From assembly GCF_009914755.1 (NCBI RefSeq), contig NC_060931.1: a DNA stretch of 64,000 nucleotides; one strand, given 5' to 3'. Under the pieces are notes generated by a model. The model saw nothing but the letters and a program-made list of their open reading frames with translations. It was not told the origin of the DNA and ran no database searches. Positions 14,521 to 29,428 of the stretch are shown here, piece after piece. This stretch comes from the human T2T-CHM13v2.0 reference genome, Homo sapiens. Numbering within the stretch: the stretch's first letter is position 1; the number at the start of each line of letters is the position of its first letter. A program made the position numbers and the translations under genes.

Positions 14521-16282
14521 TTTATAATCGATAAATTTTACTGATATTGTAGGAAATGATATGATGATTGCTTCCATGTTATAATCTCAAAAACTGCCTT
14601 TGAGGTGGACTTCTTTTGAGCTAGTAAAAGTTGAAGTAGGGTTGGATTAAGCAGTTTTGATTCCTTTTCTTCTTGGCCTAACATGGATGTACCTAAATGA
14701 AAAACCAGCCCACCTTTTTTAAAGGTAAAGGAACTCTTGTGGGTGGATAGGGTTTTTCTCAGAAAGCAATTCTAGTCTTCTCTAACAATTCTGTGTTACA
14801 TTTCTAGGATTTGGCATGGACAAATTTCAGATTATGTGTTATCAATTACTTACTCGGCTTACATTAAAAATATGTTCATAGGGTACCCATTGATTGTATA
14901 ATTCTGAGCAATGTAATTTGTTGGTAAAGTATCCAAGATGAGCTTGTAAAATCTACTTTTAGGTAAGTAAATATGTTAATCCACTGGGTATCATCACTAG
15001 ATAAAAGCCAGATCAGTACTGGAAGATGTTTGTCGTCAGAACATTTTAGTGTTAGAAGAGTTGGTGTTAAGCTGTTGTTTATGTGAGTGCTTAGATAGCA
15101 GGACCAGTGGACCAGTGAGGTTGCTTCTATTTGTGTCAGTAAAGCTGTGTCATTAGCAAATAGACTGATCTTATTTTCTCTTCTTTATGCGCAAGGAATG
15201 GGTGATCATGCATCCACTGAGAAATGATTAATGTGCAAGCAAGAAAAAAGGGAGCCAAAACATACATACATCCCTTTTATCTGGCTTGAAAGTTTCTGAG
15301 ATCTCACAGAACTGTTTTTTCTTATTACTCTGGGAAAAGTATCGATGTGAAAGCTCTGTAGATAACAGGAGCTGGAATATTCTAGTGAGCTTATTGGACT
15401 AAACCTGAAAGTGGTTCAGTGACTGTAAAACAATGTTCCAGTATTCCGTATGGATTTTCCACAACATGATAAAAATATATCAGTGATCAATAATGAAATA
15501 GCCATTACTAAAACCCATCTGTTCCTAGTGTAGAAGAGCAGCTTGAAAGACTGAGGCCAATATTCTAAGCTAATAATTTATCAGGAAAGAATCTGGCACA
15601 TATTTTGATAAAGAGACAAATGATTGGGTCTTTAACATGTGATAATGCCATTGTTGATAACTTCTGTTGTTTGTATGTGTATGTGTGAAGGTGGCCTTAA
15701 CCTTGGAGGATATTACTTGCTAGTGGGAAGAGACAGATGGTGAACAAATAGTGTCTCTCATATTATGTTAAGTACTATGGAGAAAGCTACAATAAGACAG
15801 GGAGACTGGGAGTATTGGGATTTGGGGTAGGGATAGTGTGGTTTGCTATTTAAATAGGGGTGGTCAGCTGTAGCTGCTTTTAGCCGCATTTGAGACCCCC
15901 CTTCATTCTTCTCTTGCCTTCAAAAAGATTTAGGAAAAGCTGAAAACAAAATGAGTAATTTTGTTTTTTTATATCTACAATTAAGTGAGTAGGTTTGTGA
16001 CAGTTTTATTTTTCTCTTATAGAGTAGAAGTGCAGGGGTTTGTGGTAGCTGTTTTTCATGCTGCTCAAGGCCCTTTTTATTTATATTTGTTTTTGAAGGC
16101 TGGGGTTTTTAGAAACTAGATTGTTTGATAGGCACCTGGTTATTGTATTAGTTTTCCTTTTTTTTTAAATTTTGCTTTTTTATCTGCTATTCATTTGCCT
16201 CTTTTAAAGCCAATGGAAATTCTGTTTTATTGCACTAAAGCCTACGAGGTTCAGCAATTTCCATTTGGCTTGCTTGGCTATG

Positions 16283-16445
16283 GGGCAGTGATTCCCACAC
16301 TGCACATTAGGGGATCTTGCAAGAATTCTAAATTCAGGTCACATCCCAGACCGGTTAAATAAAAGTCTCTAGGGGTGGGCCACTGACTTCAGTTATTGAC
16401 ATTCTCCAGGTAATGCCAATATGCAGGCAACATTGGAACTATTGG
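16283..16445. mobile_element. MER5-like hAT MITE
   Basis: cagtgattcccacact...tctctaggggtgggcc...ctccaggtaatgccaatatgcag. Confidence 0.55.
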
Positions 16446-16909
16446 TGTAGGGTATAGCTTGTTCTGTGGAATTCAGCAAAACTTATTGTCCTTGTCTTCA
16501 TTTAGCAACAGTGGTAAGTAGTTGGAAACCAAGTATTTATGTAAGACACACATCACATGGTGATACTCACATTTATGTAGAAGTTTATTGTTTGAAGTTG
16601 CTTTGTGGCCATACTTTATTGTAGTTTTGGGATACAGCTAATGAGTATTTGGCTTTTATTCTGATTTTATAGTCTGATTATTTGGTCAAATCGGTTTAGT
16701 AGTTAAATGAGATGATTTAGTAGTTAACTCACTTAGTTTTTAAATGAGATGATTCTCCATGTTTGGACTGACTTGCACTCTTTAGAACTGTCATTTTGTT
16801 GCTCTGATTTGTGCATCTTTGCTGTGGGTCCTGATATGACCTACTGCAGGGATTTAATGGATTGAAATTAGAGAATATGTTTATTAATTTACAAGTGGTG
16901 ACTATGTAT

Positions 16910-17150
16910 AGTGTGTCATAGTGGAAACAAAGTGGATTTAAAAGCAAGAAGTTCTTAATTCTAGTCCTGATTCAACAACTTACCAGTTCCTTGAGCTTAG
17001 ATAAATAAATTACATTATCTCTCTGTTTTAGTATCCTTATCTGTAGAACAGATAAACAGATACTTACCTGTCTACTTTATAGAATGGTTATGAGAATAAA
17101 AGTGAAATATAGTACAGGAAAAGTGCTTTGTAGGATATAAAGCAGTATAA
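16910..17150 (+). mobile_element. MIR
   Basis: ttctagtcctga...ctctctgttttagtatccttatctgtagaa...gttatgagaataaa. Confidence 0.6.
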
Positions 17151-20100
17151 AAATTTAAAATGGTGTAGGTATCATCGTCGTCATTTCCCCATGCCAGGTA
17201 AAAAGAAAATGCAGGAGTCTGGGCTTGTTTACACTGAGCAGCATTTCTATTCTGGTGCTACCATCATTAATGCATACCGGTTTTAATCAGATAAACCAAG
17301 TGTGACTGTGTTTGCACACTTGAGTGTACAGGAAGAATGCTCTAAGTCGAGAATAACACCTAAGTCGTTTGCTGCCATCCTCCATCATATTTCTGGTTTC
17401 AACCTCACATACGACCTTTCTTGAACAGATTTTTGATTGGTCAGTCTGTGGCCAGATGGGAACTAGATGTTTGTGTAAATTGCAGCTGATGACAACCCAT
17501 GTTGTTGATAGGGGACTTCAGTCTGAACTTGATGATGGTCTGAGAATGCTAATGAGTAGCTTTTGCTTGGCTTGACAAGATAGGAGGAGCTTGTTAAAGA
17601 AGTCTATTTTCTCTGAGATTCATCCCAATACTAATTACTTGTGGTTGCCTAGCTCTTGAAATGAAAAACGCCATATTCCTCTATCATTCCTTTGTGGGAT
17701 TTTAATAGTTCACGTTAGTAAAGAGCTGTGTAAGTGCTGAGCATTTCTAATGGATTTGGGGCTCTTGCAGAGTGTGGGCGAAATTGTCTTGATTGAAGTG
17801 CGAGCCTGAAGTGATTCTGAGACCTCCTTTGCCAACTCTTAAAAAGAGAGTTGTTCTGTAACTTTTTCTTGTCCCAGAGTAACAAATAACATGACATGGT
17901 GAGTGACTTTAGGACGCTTGTTAAAAGAGAATGGCTTTTCTAGTGGTCTCTTCTATTGGATTTTGTAGTAGAAACCTAGGTTTTAATGCTCTCTTACAGA
18001 GCACTGATGGGAACTGGGAATTGAAGGGACCATGAGGTTAGGAACAAAAGAGGTTTTTTTTCTAAGCTTTCCTATGAGCAGTTTACAATTATCTTTCTCT
18101 TACCGTGTTACGTATAGTTTAATTTCTTCAGGAAGGTAATTGTGAACAGATCTGTTACAAGGCCTTTTAGAAGAAATAAGGCTCTCAATGTGGAATTATG
18201 CATCAGAACCCCTAGAACTATGCATAGCTTAGGACTTGAGATCTACTTCTAGAATTTTATTTTAAAGAAAGAATTAAGAATTATAACTGTTTTGTGTTAC
18301 AAATATGTATACAAGGATACTTATCACAGTAAGATCTATGAAAGTAAAAAGATTAGCAATGACTTAAATATGGGGAATTGGTTTAAGTCATTGTATAGTC
18401 ATACTCATGGACTAGTATGAAAATACTAAATATAATGTTTAGGGATAGGCACATGCTCCCAGTGTATTGCCAAATGGAAAAAACATGTTTAAAAACAAGT
18501 ATTTTTGCAAACACTTTGCATGGAAAAATGATTGGAAAGAACTAGGTTAAAATATTATATATTATTGCATCAGATGAGTGACAATATGATGATCTTTTTC
18601 TTTTGTAATTTTCTGTGTTTTTCAAGTTTTCTTGGTTGAGTAGGTATTATTTTTGTAATTTGGGAGAAATGCCAAGCTTAAGAAAAAAATACCATTCTAG
18701 GCCTGACTTTTTTTTAATCTGTGAAATTAGGGTGGGACCCCAGTCTTGAAAACCTTTAAAGGTCTCTTTCAATAGAAAGTTCTTAGTTTTCATCTCTCAG
18801 ATACTGCCGTTCTGTGAGGCTCAGGCTGATAGGGTATGTTAGAAGACTTGGCTGTTGCTACTTTAGGAGGGGAAAAAAAAGATTACTTTCGCTTTAATAA
18901 AATATGGGAATTATTTGTGGCAGAATGCACTGATGTTTAAGGGGGAAAAACAAAAAACTAACAACAAAAGAGGGAACCCTGAAGAATGCTTAAGAATAGC
19001 TTAATAAAATGGTATGCTTTTAGAACAAGTCCGCATTTCATGGTAGTAATAGGGTGAAATCTTTCATGAAGGAAGAAGTCACATTTGATCCTGTTTTCGA
19101 GTTTTATTTTCCGAGATAGATCTGAAGATACTTTAAAGAATAAATTCACAAGTAAAGGGCCTTTTCTTTGACAGCACTTTATCTTGCAGGCCCCCCTCCC
19201 TTCATTCACTTATCAATAACTTCATCTAATTTGCCTTATCCTGTAAATTCCATTATCTCCCTGGCAGTCTATTGCATTAAGCCCTTAGTACCTAATATCG
19301 CCTCATTTACATTGACATATGCTTGACCTCAGTCCTTCTCCTCTCTTTGTTAATGCACCAACAAGCACTGATATCTCTCTGGAGCATTATCATTTGCTGT
19401 TAGCTCAACTAATAACAACCCCTCATTTGAGCTGATGAAGGTTTATTAAATAAAAACATGCAGTAACCCTGGCAGTAATGAAGGGAGAAGGGAGGTAGAC
19501 AACATCCTTTTTTTAATGGTGAGAGTACACCAAGTCTGCTTTATAGGTATTGGGTTTCCTAAGGGAGATAGGGCACCTGAATGGGTCTGATCAATATTAT
19601 TTTATCAGGGTGATTTAAGAATGGGCATTTTTGATTGTCTTACTTGATCACTGTTGATTAGCATATAGGCTGAGGAGTTAGGAGAAAAAAGTATTCTTGC
19701 TCCAGGCACTTGGCCTTGCTCCTGATGCAGCTGTCTTTGGAACTCTGTCTTCAGTACCAGACTGTCAATAACCCTGCAGCTTTCAGGCAGTGGCAAAGCT
19801 TGGCCATAGGGAGCCAGACACATCATCTTAGTCTTCTCCAGTGAAACTGAAATCAGAGGTTGTTTTTCCCATAGATCCCGCAAGAGTCCCTGAAATCTTC
19901 ACAATAGCCCTGACCCTTGAATGAATCCCCTTTATTTTCCCTTTCACGTCCCATACTCTTATTCCCCCGACCACCATTTGTACATGAAGTCCGGTCTACT
20001 GGTGTCATGCTGTAAACAAAAGTTACGTGGATGCTGTTATTAGGTTTGTATTAACAGTTGGGAATTTTGGGTTCACTTGCTTGCACATTTATGTCACATA

Positions 20101-22595
20101 CATATATATTGTGGTATATTCTACTAGTAAAATTGTTCCTAGTTTATCTGATGCAGTTAAATACATAGAGTTCTATAAAGGCTACAATGTACTGCAAAGA
20201 GTGCTGTGATGTCCCAGATCTATCAAAGCTTTCAGACTTGCTGCTACAGCTGTTAGGTTGGACCATAGGAAATAACCAATATTTGATCATTTTTAACTTG
20301 TAAAAACAGTATTTTCTTATGGTTCAAGTTAATAATATGATAGATACCATTTTTTTTTTTCTAAGCTTCATTGTTTGTTTTACTAGTTTCTGTCTGATAA
20401 AGATAAAAATTTCCGACTTGGGAAAAATAAGATGTAGCAATGTAGAAATAGTTGGTGAATGAATGATCTGGGATTCTTGGCTCCTGTGTGATAAATATCT
20501 TCGCTGCTTGCTTAGACGTGAGTCGGAATCATTCCACATTCACTGGGAGACCTGGAGGCTTCTTGTGCCCACCCAGGACTCCCTGATCCTGAAGGTGGAC
20601 ACTTGAGGGTGGAGGGCCCTCTAGGGGAGCAGGCCCTAAAACCGCTGGAGGTTGCCTTCCAGCAGTGCAGGGGCAGGCAGCGGCAGGTAGGTGACCTGGG
20701 CACTAAGTAAATCTAGGCTTCAGGGCATGTTTCTTTTGTTCATACAGAGATTTTGTGATGTTCTTATTTATTGAATAGTTGAGACTGCTCAAAAAGTTTG
20801 TTTAACTGTGTCTTATGTATATGTAGGAAGGGGGAAGGTATCAATTCTCTGGAGTAGCCTAATTTTATATCTTTTTACTGCAACTCCAAGGTAGACCATG
20901 GCAACATTTTCAGAATGGTTATGTTGTCTTGCTAGAAAAATGCTTCCTTAAGGGAGATTTACTGACCTAGTGAAAAGTGATAAAACATTTTAGAACCATA
21001 TAATTTTCAGAGTCCTCAAAGAAATATTTGTTTTGGATTCAACAATGGCAATACATTTGCTTTCCTTAGGGAACAGTGTTGCCAAAATAAGCATTTTCGT
21101 TAGCTACCAGATGGTTTAGTTATCAGTTTTGTTTTTTGTTTATACAGCAGTTTTTCTTCTTTTTTTGGCTTGAACCTTATTTCTATTCACAAACAGTTAC
21201 TGATGTCGTTTATCTTTGTGTGTCTTACTCACCTCAACTAGAAAAATAAAAAGATCAATAGTTTCTTTTACAACATTTCTTCAACAAAGCAGCTGCTGAG
21301 AATGGCCAAGTTTAGTGTTCCTCCAAAATATTTACAGTGGTTCATGTCAGAACACAAAACTAGATCTTTTTACATGATAAGCGTGATTAAGATTGGCTAA
21401 AGACAAGCATTAACTAGGAAATAATTATTTCCTGTATTTTACACTAAAATGAAGTTGAGAAATAGACATTGGGAAAGAAAATTTAAGGGTATGGTGGTTC
21501 CTAATTGCAAAGATTTTCCTTTGCTGTAGACTTATATCTCAACTCAGGCAAATTTTTTTGAATTCTTGATTATATACATTTTAACTGTGTGTTCAAGCTA
21601 TTCTTTTAGTTATAGAAACATTTTTTAGAATTTTTGTTTTCATACATGGATAGGTTTCTAATAGCAAAACATGCTTTCCTGTTCAATATCATGTGATAAA
21701 ACATTTGGAAAAGGTTTGCTTATCTTCATAATCCTAAAGGAAATATTTATTTTCAATTCTAAAACAGATTTCTATTGTCTATCTGAGCAGTTTCCAACTG
21801 TGTTGACTAGAACATTAATATTCTGTTAGATGGTAATAGGTGTTCGGTGAAAAAATTCACTGGTAGTCATATCTGTTTTCCTCCAAAATGCATTTAAAAA
21901 TACTTATATCTGTCTATATATATGAAGAATTCTAAATACATTTAGGTGACTCATTATTATATAGTAATCTAACTTAAAGAAACTGTGAGATATACCTGAT
22001 AATTCTAGGAGGTCATATTAGAGATCATTTGGCACATGAATGCGTGGTGTTTGATTTGTGAATAGGGGAATAGACAGCATTTACCAATTCACTGTACTGT
22101 GGATGTTGTCTGTTTAGTCTTTCATCTGCTATGTTTTATCCTGTAATTTTAATATATATTTGTGACATTATTCAGTGTTGCGTGTCACACTTATGAACCT
22201 GTTTTTTTTTATAATTTCTTATAGCAGCTACCTACCCTGTGAGACTGTCTTGTTGCTGTCTACATTAATCCAACTGTGTCTCTTTAATTTCTGTTAATCT
22301 TTCATCAGTGTGTTATTTAAAATGTACTCTGTAGTCATTACATTTGGAAAAGTGCAGTAATTTATACAATGACCACTTCCCATACATTAAAACAATCTTT
22401 TTATCATTAATTATGCACATTCCTAAATACAGACGATTATTTTATTATTTCTAGTAAATCTCAAATCTTAGTAAATACCTGGAAACCGTACCTCCCCAGT
22501 ACAACAGAATTGACTGTCAGCGGTAGTCTGTTGGGTTGACTGCTGCCTCACTAACTTTTCCTTTGTGTGTAAAATTTATGTTTCAAACTCCTTAA

Positions 22596-22930
<335 letters not shown>

Positions 22931-25342
22931 CTAAACATATATTCTAGAGAGCAAATGTTGCATTGACAACTATTTTCTTTAAATTGGTTTGAGTACCACT
23001 TAGTATGGTTAGAGTAAGGGAAGACAGTGGCCTTGTCCAGCTTCCATAATTATAGCTTTATAAATAGACTATGAATAAGTGAAGGCCAGAAAATAAAACA
23101 CAGTGTTTTCTTATAGAAATAAGAGACTATTCTCTTTCCTCTTTTGTGGTAAGGTTTTCAAATTTTTGAAGTTCTGAGACTACCTTTGATAATATATGTT
23201 ATTATGTTATCTTGTATTTTGGGTCAAGGAAATATATTCAAAGTTTGTCATTTAAACAGTTACAATGGCTCAAAGAAGGAAGGAACACTTACTGAAATTG
23301 CTTCACTAAAACATGTTGGGAATACTCTCTGAGGTTTCTTTACTCATGGAATAAATAGGTACTGTTAAAAATAATTTCAGTGAGCACTCAGGAGCTGCCA
23401 GGCACTGCGCTAAGTGTTTTACCTGAATTTTTACTTTTAATTTAATTAGGTGACTTTGAAAGTTGACACTTGTCATAAAATTCTGTATTTGGAACATGTA
23501 CTGTTTGGGTTAAAAATCTTCATGTACATTCCTACAAACAAATCAAGTGTGGATGTGCAGTGGGTGGTTTTTAAGCTTAAATATCTCAGCTGGATTTAAT
23601 TACCTTAAGGGATAAGGCTACGTGATGGGCCAGTGGTTTACCAAATTATTTTTCATTTTCTGGATCTCAGTGTCACTGAAAGTTAATGCATCCTCTTTCT
23701 CTGCTAGAGACCTGAGTTAAAATCCATTTTAGGGCATAAGTATAAATGAATTTGTTGTTGTTTTTTCCTCCTTGGGGACACTGTGGTCATTTTGTGAGGC
23801 TGCCTTTCCATTTGGAATTGCTGGCAGCTTGCTCTGGGCCCAGGGGCTCTCATAGCAGGGGCAGTTGCAAGTCAGCGTGAAAATGAACTGGTAGGCTTCA
23901 GAGGGCAGAGCTGGCCCAGGGCTTGTCACTCTCCCATTCCTTGATTCTTTCTTGGTTAACTTAAGGAAACTTATTTGCTACTGACATTTGATTATAGCAC
24001 ATCACAAAACAAGTGATGTGGTTGTGGATAAGCCATCACATTTTCTTTACCATTTCAGGCTGGTTTATATTTGGCAGCTACAAAGGTTTCTCTGTTCACT
24101 GTCCACAGACTCCTAGATGACTCCTTAGACTGCTGTAGTTGTGTGATCAACATTTTTGATCACCAATGTGTTTCATGGCTTTAATTACCTATTGTTTTAG
24201 TGTAAATGGTTCATTCTTTAGGAGCGTGTTTGTATCCATAATTACATTTAAGGGTTTTACCCTGAAGTATTATTAGTTATTTCCTTTATCTGTACCTATT
24301 AGGAATATTTAGTATAACCAAAGCAGGGAATAATACGCATAGCATTTCATCCCTGAGGGAGCTCACTTGTGTTCTTTCCCTCTAAGCTCATCCTGTCATT
24401 TCTATTTTCTCTCAAAGAATAGCACCTAGAGTATGCTCTTTAAGTTTTCTTTGAAAAGATACAAGATCTTTACACATAAAAACAAACATAATTTTGTGTA
24501 CATGAATAAATGGGATCATATCATGCATGCTGTCTTTTTTTTTTTTTTCCTTTGCAGATGTCACTTTGAGTTTCAAAGTGAGTTGGTTGCTCCAGGTTCC
24601 CTGAATCCTTCATGTTCTCCATTTATTGTAGGCATTCCTATACCAGTTTGATTTATCCAGTCCTTTTGTCTTGAAAATCTCCCAAACCACTTTGCACCGG
24701 GAGTATCTTCCTCTTCATGTTTTGTCTTCCAGTCACCATTCATATCCCGTTTCTTCTATCAAACTGAATCAGGACAAGGAGAGGTGATGACTACTATTGT
24801 CCATTTGTAGCATTCATGTAAAAAAATGTATTTACCTCTGTGTGATGTGTATTTGAAAAAGAGTGAGAGAGAGCCCGACTCTTGGTAAGCACAAAGAGTC
24901 ATGATTGCTGTGAGAACAAGTTCTTTTTAAAACATTTATATAGTGTGCTTTTTTTTAAAGCCTTAGTTTAAAAAAGCTAACTTTGAGTAAAAGTTGATTA
25001 AACCATTAGTACATGGGATTCTTGTGAGAATGTGAATGATAGTATCATTTAAATAGGGAGGTCTTTTTACACGTGTCCATTGACAGATGTGTGTGGGCAT
25101 AAATAGTTTGCTATGGTGGTGTGTATGCTTTCATGTTTATCTTTGTCTAGATTGTTTTATCATTACCTAAGGTGAGAAAAACTCTCCCCTAGCCACATTA
25201 TACTCTACAAAGTCTTTTATATGCTGATAAAGTTCTCGTAAGCTCCCTTTTGTTAGTATCTTTTTAAGACGTCTTTCTTATTTATAATATTGCCAGGTTA
25301 TTAAGTTGTACTTAATTGTCTTTCATTTTTTTCTCTTTTCAG

Positions 25343-25527
25343 GTGTCAGCAGTTGAGTCTTTGGAGGGCCCCCTGCTCCAGGTGGAAGGACTGAGTGACC
25401 TTCGACTAGAGCTTCACAGCAAGAAGATGAACCTTCACTTGGTTCTCATAGATGAACTACACCGGCACCTGTACATCAAATCGACTAGCCGAGTTGTGCA
25501 GCGTAACAAGGAAAAAGGGAAAATCAG
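25343..25527 (+). CDS. EXOC4: EXOC4 coding exon (probably exon 4), 185 bp, phase 0-2
   Basis: Long polypyrimidine tract plus cAG at 25341-42; donor AG|GTTAAA. Translates as [61 protein letters not shown](S), in frame with the previous exon. Confidence 0.95.
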
Positions 25528-25881
25528 GTTAAAGAGGCTCTTTGCTATAAGTGTCTTGTGGCAGTGTAGGATTGGAAGGAATATTTTTTGTTTCCCAGAA
25601 TGTTGTTGTAATTTATTTTACTTTTCCTTTAATGGACTGTCTCTGAAACTTGAAGATGGTTTTATAATAGCAAATACTCCATGTTCTGAGAGGCTGACAT
25701 TTGAAGTTTGTTCATTCATTCATTCTACATTTATTATGGTCCTTTTCTGTAAGGATATATAAGAAGCATTTACTGTGGGTCTCATATTCTGAATCAGAGA
25801 CATTGGTACATCTCAGAAGGAAGTAGAAAAATTCTTAAATTGGACTGTGAAGTCAGCCTAATTAAGAAATGTAGATATATT

Positions 25882-26185
25882 GGCTGGGTGCAGTGGCTTA
25901 TGCTTGTAATCCCAGCACTATGAGAGGCTGAGGTGGAAGGATTGCATGAGCCCAAGAGTTCAAGACCAGCATGGACAACAGAGCAAGACTCTGTCTCTAC
26001 AAAAAAAGGGCCAAAATTAGCTGGGTATAGTGGTGTGCACCTGTAATCTCAACTACTCCAGAGGCTGAGATGACAGGATGGCTTGAGCCCAGGAGTTTGA
26101 GCTTCAGTGAGCTATGATTTCTCCACTGTACTCTAGCCTGAGCAACAGCGAGGAGACCTGGTCTCTTAAAAAAAAAAAAGACAAA
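25882..26185 (+). mobile_element. AluJ
   Basis: J diagnostics (ggattgcatgagccc, gagctatgat); decayed 18-bp TSD at 25864-81 and 26186-203. Confidence 0.9.
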
Positions 26186-27692
26186 AAGAAATATAGATGT
26201 ATTGACTGAATGATAAGATTCTTTATTACTTAGGGTTATGTTCAGCTTTAGGTTGTCCTTTTTCTGGAATAGTTTAGGAAAGGTTCAGAGAGAACACTTT
26301 TATTCCTTGGTTGGTTGTAGCATAGCCCTATATTTAATGGCCTGGGTAGTCTCAAGAAATTCATTAGGTTAGTAGAGGCCTGGTAGGGAATAAGACTAGA
26401 TCTTAAGATGGTAGAATATTGGAATTTTTAACATATGTTAGATAGCTGTGCATAGTACATGTCCTTCCAATATTCCTTTAGAATAGACAGATCTTTTCAG
26501 AGGGCATTTCAGCACTATCTACTGAAATATACATGTTCATGCTTCTTCATTCAGATATAGACAAGAAGAGCACTGGAAGCAGTGCACGCTGGGAATGAAG
26601 TCTTTCAAGTCTTATCCTGTTTGAACAAAAAACGCCAAATTTGCTTGTGATGCTTCAGTTTAATCAGAGATCCTGACAGAGAAAGAGAGGTTTCTACCTC
26701 TTTTCAGCAGATAGGCACTAGAAAAACTTCTGCCAGGCACACAGATTTGATATGTACCTGAGACATAACTTCAAGACTAGCTCTGAATAGGGTATCTGTC
26801 AGTACCTCAGCAGAGAGTGAAGTGGTGAATAGGGGAAGTGCTAAGGCATTCTTTCGACAATGCCTGCTGATAAATAGCAGATCTGAAGAGATTTCTTCCC
26901 ATACAAGGTTAAGTAATAAAATCACTATGGTCCTGTGAAAATATTCTGTATTATAAGGGAAAATGAGCATTATTTGAGGTCTCAGAGGAAGAACATTTAT
27001 TTTAAAAAAATTTCTGTAAAGCAAGCAAGAAACATTTAAGAGACTTAAGCTCAAGGTTTCTCAAAAAATACAAGAAACACGATGTAGTAGATTATTCAGA
27101 ATAATCACTCATTTCCCTTCTACTTTTGTGGGAGAGGAGTATTTCCTACCCTTTTTGTTGGGGCCTTGGCTTTTGCCATCATTAGGGTACATGACACAAG
27201 CAGGGGCTTCAAACGTGCTTATGCTGTTGAGTGTGGCCTTTCGTGCCACTGCCATTGCCTTGCTGGCGGTCCCAGGAGAAGGGTAAGAGACACATGGAAC
27301 TGACTGAAGATCAGCAGACCTGCCTAGCCTGCATCAACCAACCACCAAAATGTATGCTTATTGTTGAACATTATTGAGATTTTGTGGTTGTATACAGTAA
27401 GCGCATAGCTTCCATGAAAACAGTAACCGGGAGCTACAAGAACAGAGTGAGGAGAGATGCTAACAGAGCTAACTAAAACATGAATAAAATGTAAGGAAAC
27501 CAAAATGAAGTAGAGAAATTTAAGTCTTTAAAGCTTCAGAGAGAAGATCTGAATCACTGATGTGGAGGGAAAAACTTTTCTTGATGAAGAGGAAAAAGAC
27601 AAGATGCCAAAAGGAAGAGGATAAATATGAAAGATGAACAGTGGTCAATCCAGTGATTTTAGGGGTTCCAGAGAATCACACTAAAATGATAG

Positions 27693-28074
27693 TGTTTGGG
27701 GCTGAATTATGTTCCCCCTAAAATTCATATATTGAAACCCTAATCCCTGGTACCTCAGATTATGACTGTATTTGGAAATAGGGTCTTTTAGAAAGTGACT
27801 AAGTTGAAATGAGGTCATTTGTGTGGGCTCTAATCCAGTAGGACTGATGTCCTTATAAAAAGGAAATTTGACACACTTGGAGGGAAGACCATGTGAAGAC
27901 ACAGGGAGAAGATGGTCACCTACAAGCGAAGGAGAGAGGTCTCAGAAGAAACCAACTACGCCCACACCTTGATCACAGACTTCCAGCCTGCAGAACTGTG
28001 AGAAAGTAAATTTCTGTTGTCTAAGCTATCCAGTCTGTGTTACTTTATTATGGCAGTGGGAGGGAACTCAGACA
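27693..28074 (+). mobile_element. MLT1A/B-type MaLR solo LTR
   Basis: TG...CA ends; ctgaattatgttcccc, tatttggaaatagggtcttt, cttccagcctgcagaactgtgagaaagtaaatttctgttg. Confidence 0.85.
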
Positions 28075-28271
28075 GAGGGGATCAGAAGCAATAATTAGAG
28101 TATAAATAAAAAAACCTACTTAAACAGGAAAACAAGACCTTGGTCTGCAAGTTGAAAGAATTTAAGGTAAAATGAATAAAAAAAAGTTACTCTTAGATAT
28201 AATCTGGAAATTTTTATGATTTTCAAAAACAAATTTTATAAATACCAGGAAGAAATATTATGTGATCTGAA

Positions 28272-28705
28272 GTGATAGAGATAATTATTTGCCCACCCAA
28301 TGTCCATTCTTCCCTTCATTTTTAATGACAATCTTTATTTCGTTCCTGGTGGCTATAGGCCCAGCTAAAAGGCTGCATTTTCCATCTTCCCATATAGCTA
28401 GAGGGTGTTTAGTGGGACTTCATTTTGCAAGCTGTTGAATGGGGAGGTCATTAATTTTTTAAAGATACCAATTAAACTGGTATGCTCACTCTTTTACCCT
28501 TCATTTGCCTTTCTTTACTTTCTATCTGGGACATAGATTGGTGCCATCGAGCCGTCCTAGACACAAGGTGACCTTGAGGATAGAAGCCACATCTGAAACT
28601 CCATGATCACCTTGAACTTCTTTTCTAGCCCTGGGTGGGGTGCCTCTTTAATGTGAGAGGAAGTCTTTGTTTTACTCAGACCACTATTATTTGGTCTTCT
28701 TTTTA
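28272..28705 (-). mobile_element. Older MLT1-type LTR
   Basis: cccagctaaaaggctgcattttccatcttccc...gaccttgaggatagaagcc motif. Confidence 0.55.
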
Positions 28706-29123
28706 TACACTTAAAACCAGGTCAGTTACACAGAAAGGAGCAAAAATCAGGCTCACCAGGATTTGCTGAATACTAAATGCCAGAAGACAATAGAACAAAA
28801 TCTATAAAGTTGAATGGAGAAGAGTTGGGACCAAAGACTTTTCTAGCCAGCCAAGGGGACATTGATATGCATAGGTGGCCAAGAGATATTCTCAGATATG
28901 AATTTATAATAAAAAAAATTAGTATTCTTTTTCCGAGCAAAATTCTCAGAGATAAACTGTGAGACGTACAACCAGAGAACAATAAAGTTGTAGGTAGTTT
29001 GAAACAACTTTGAGGACCACATACCATTAAATAGGTACATGTATATATATATGTAAGTAACTGACAAATATGTTTTTACAAGATTGAGAATATCAGCTAA
29101 AAACCATTGTGGAAAAAAAGGTC

Positions 29124-29428
<305 letters not shown>

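Noticed and set aside
20612-20632. CTCF site as a firm feature
   Set aside because: One G short of the core consensus, so it is kept only as a remark in the 20.5-kb finding.
25316-25762. 148-aa ORF as a standalone gene
   Set aside because: Only 25343-25527 is exonic and bounded by splice sites; the flanks are a polypyrimidine tract and intron.
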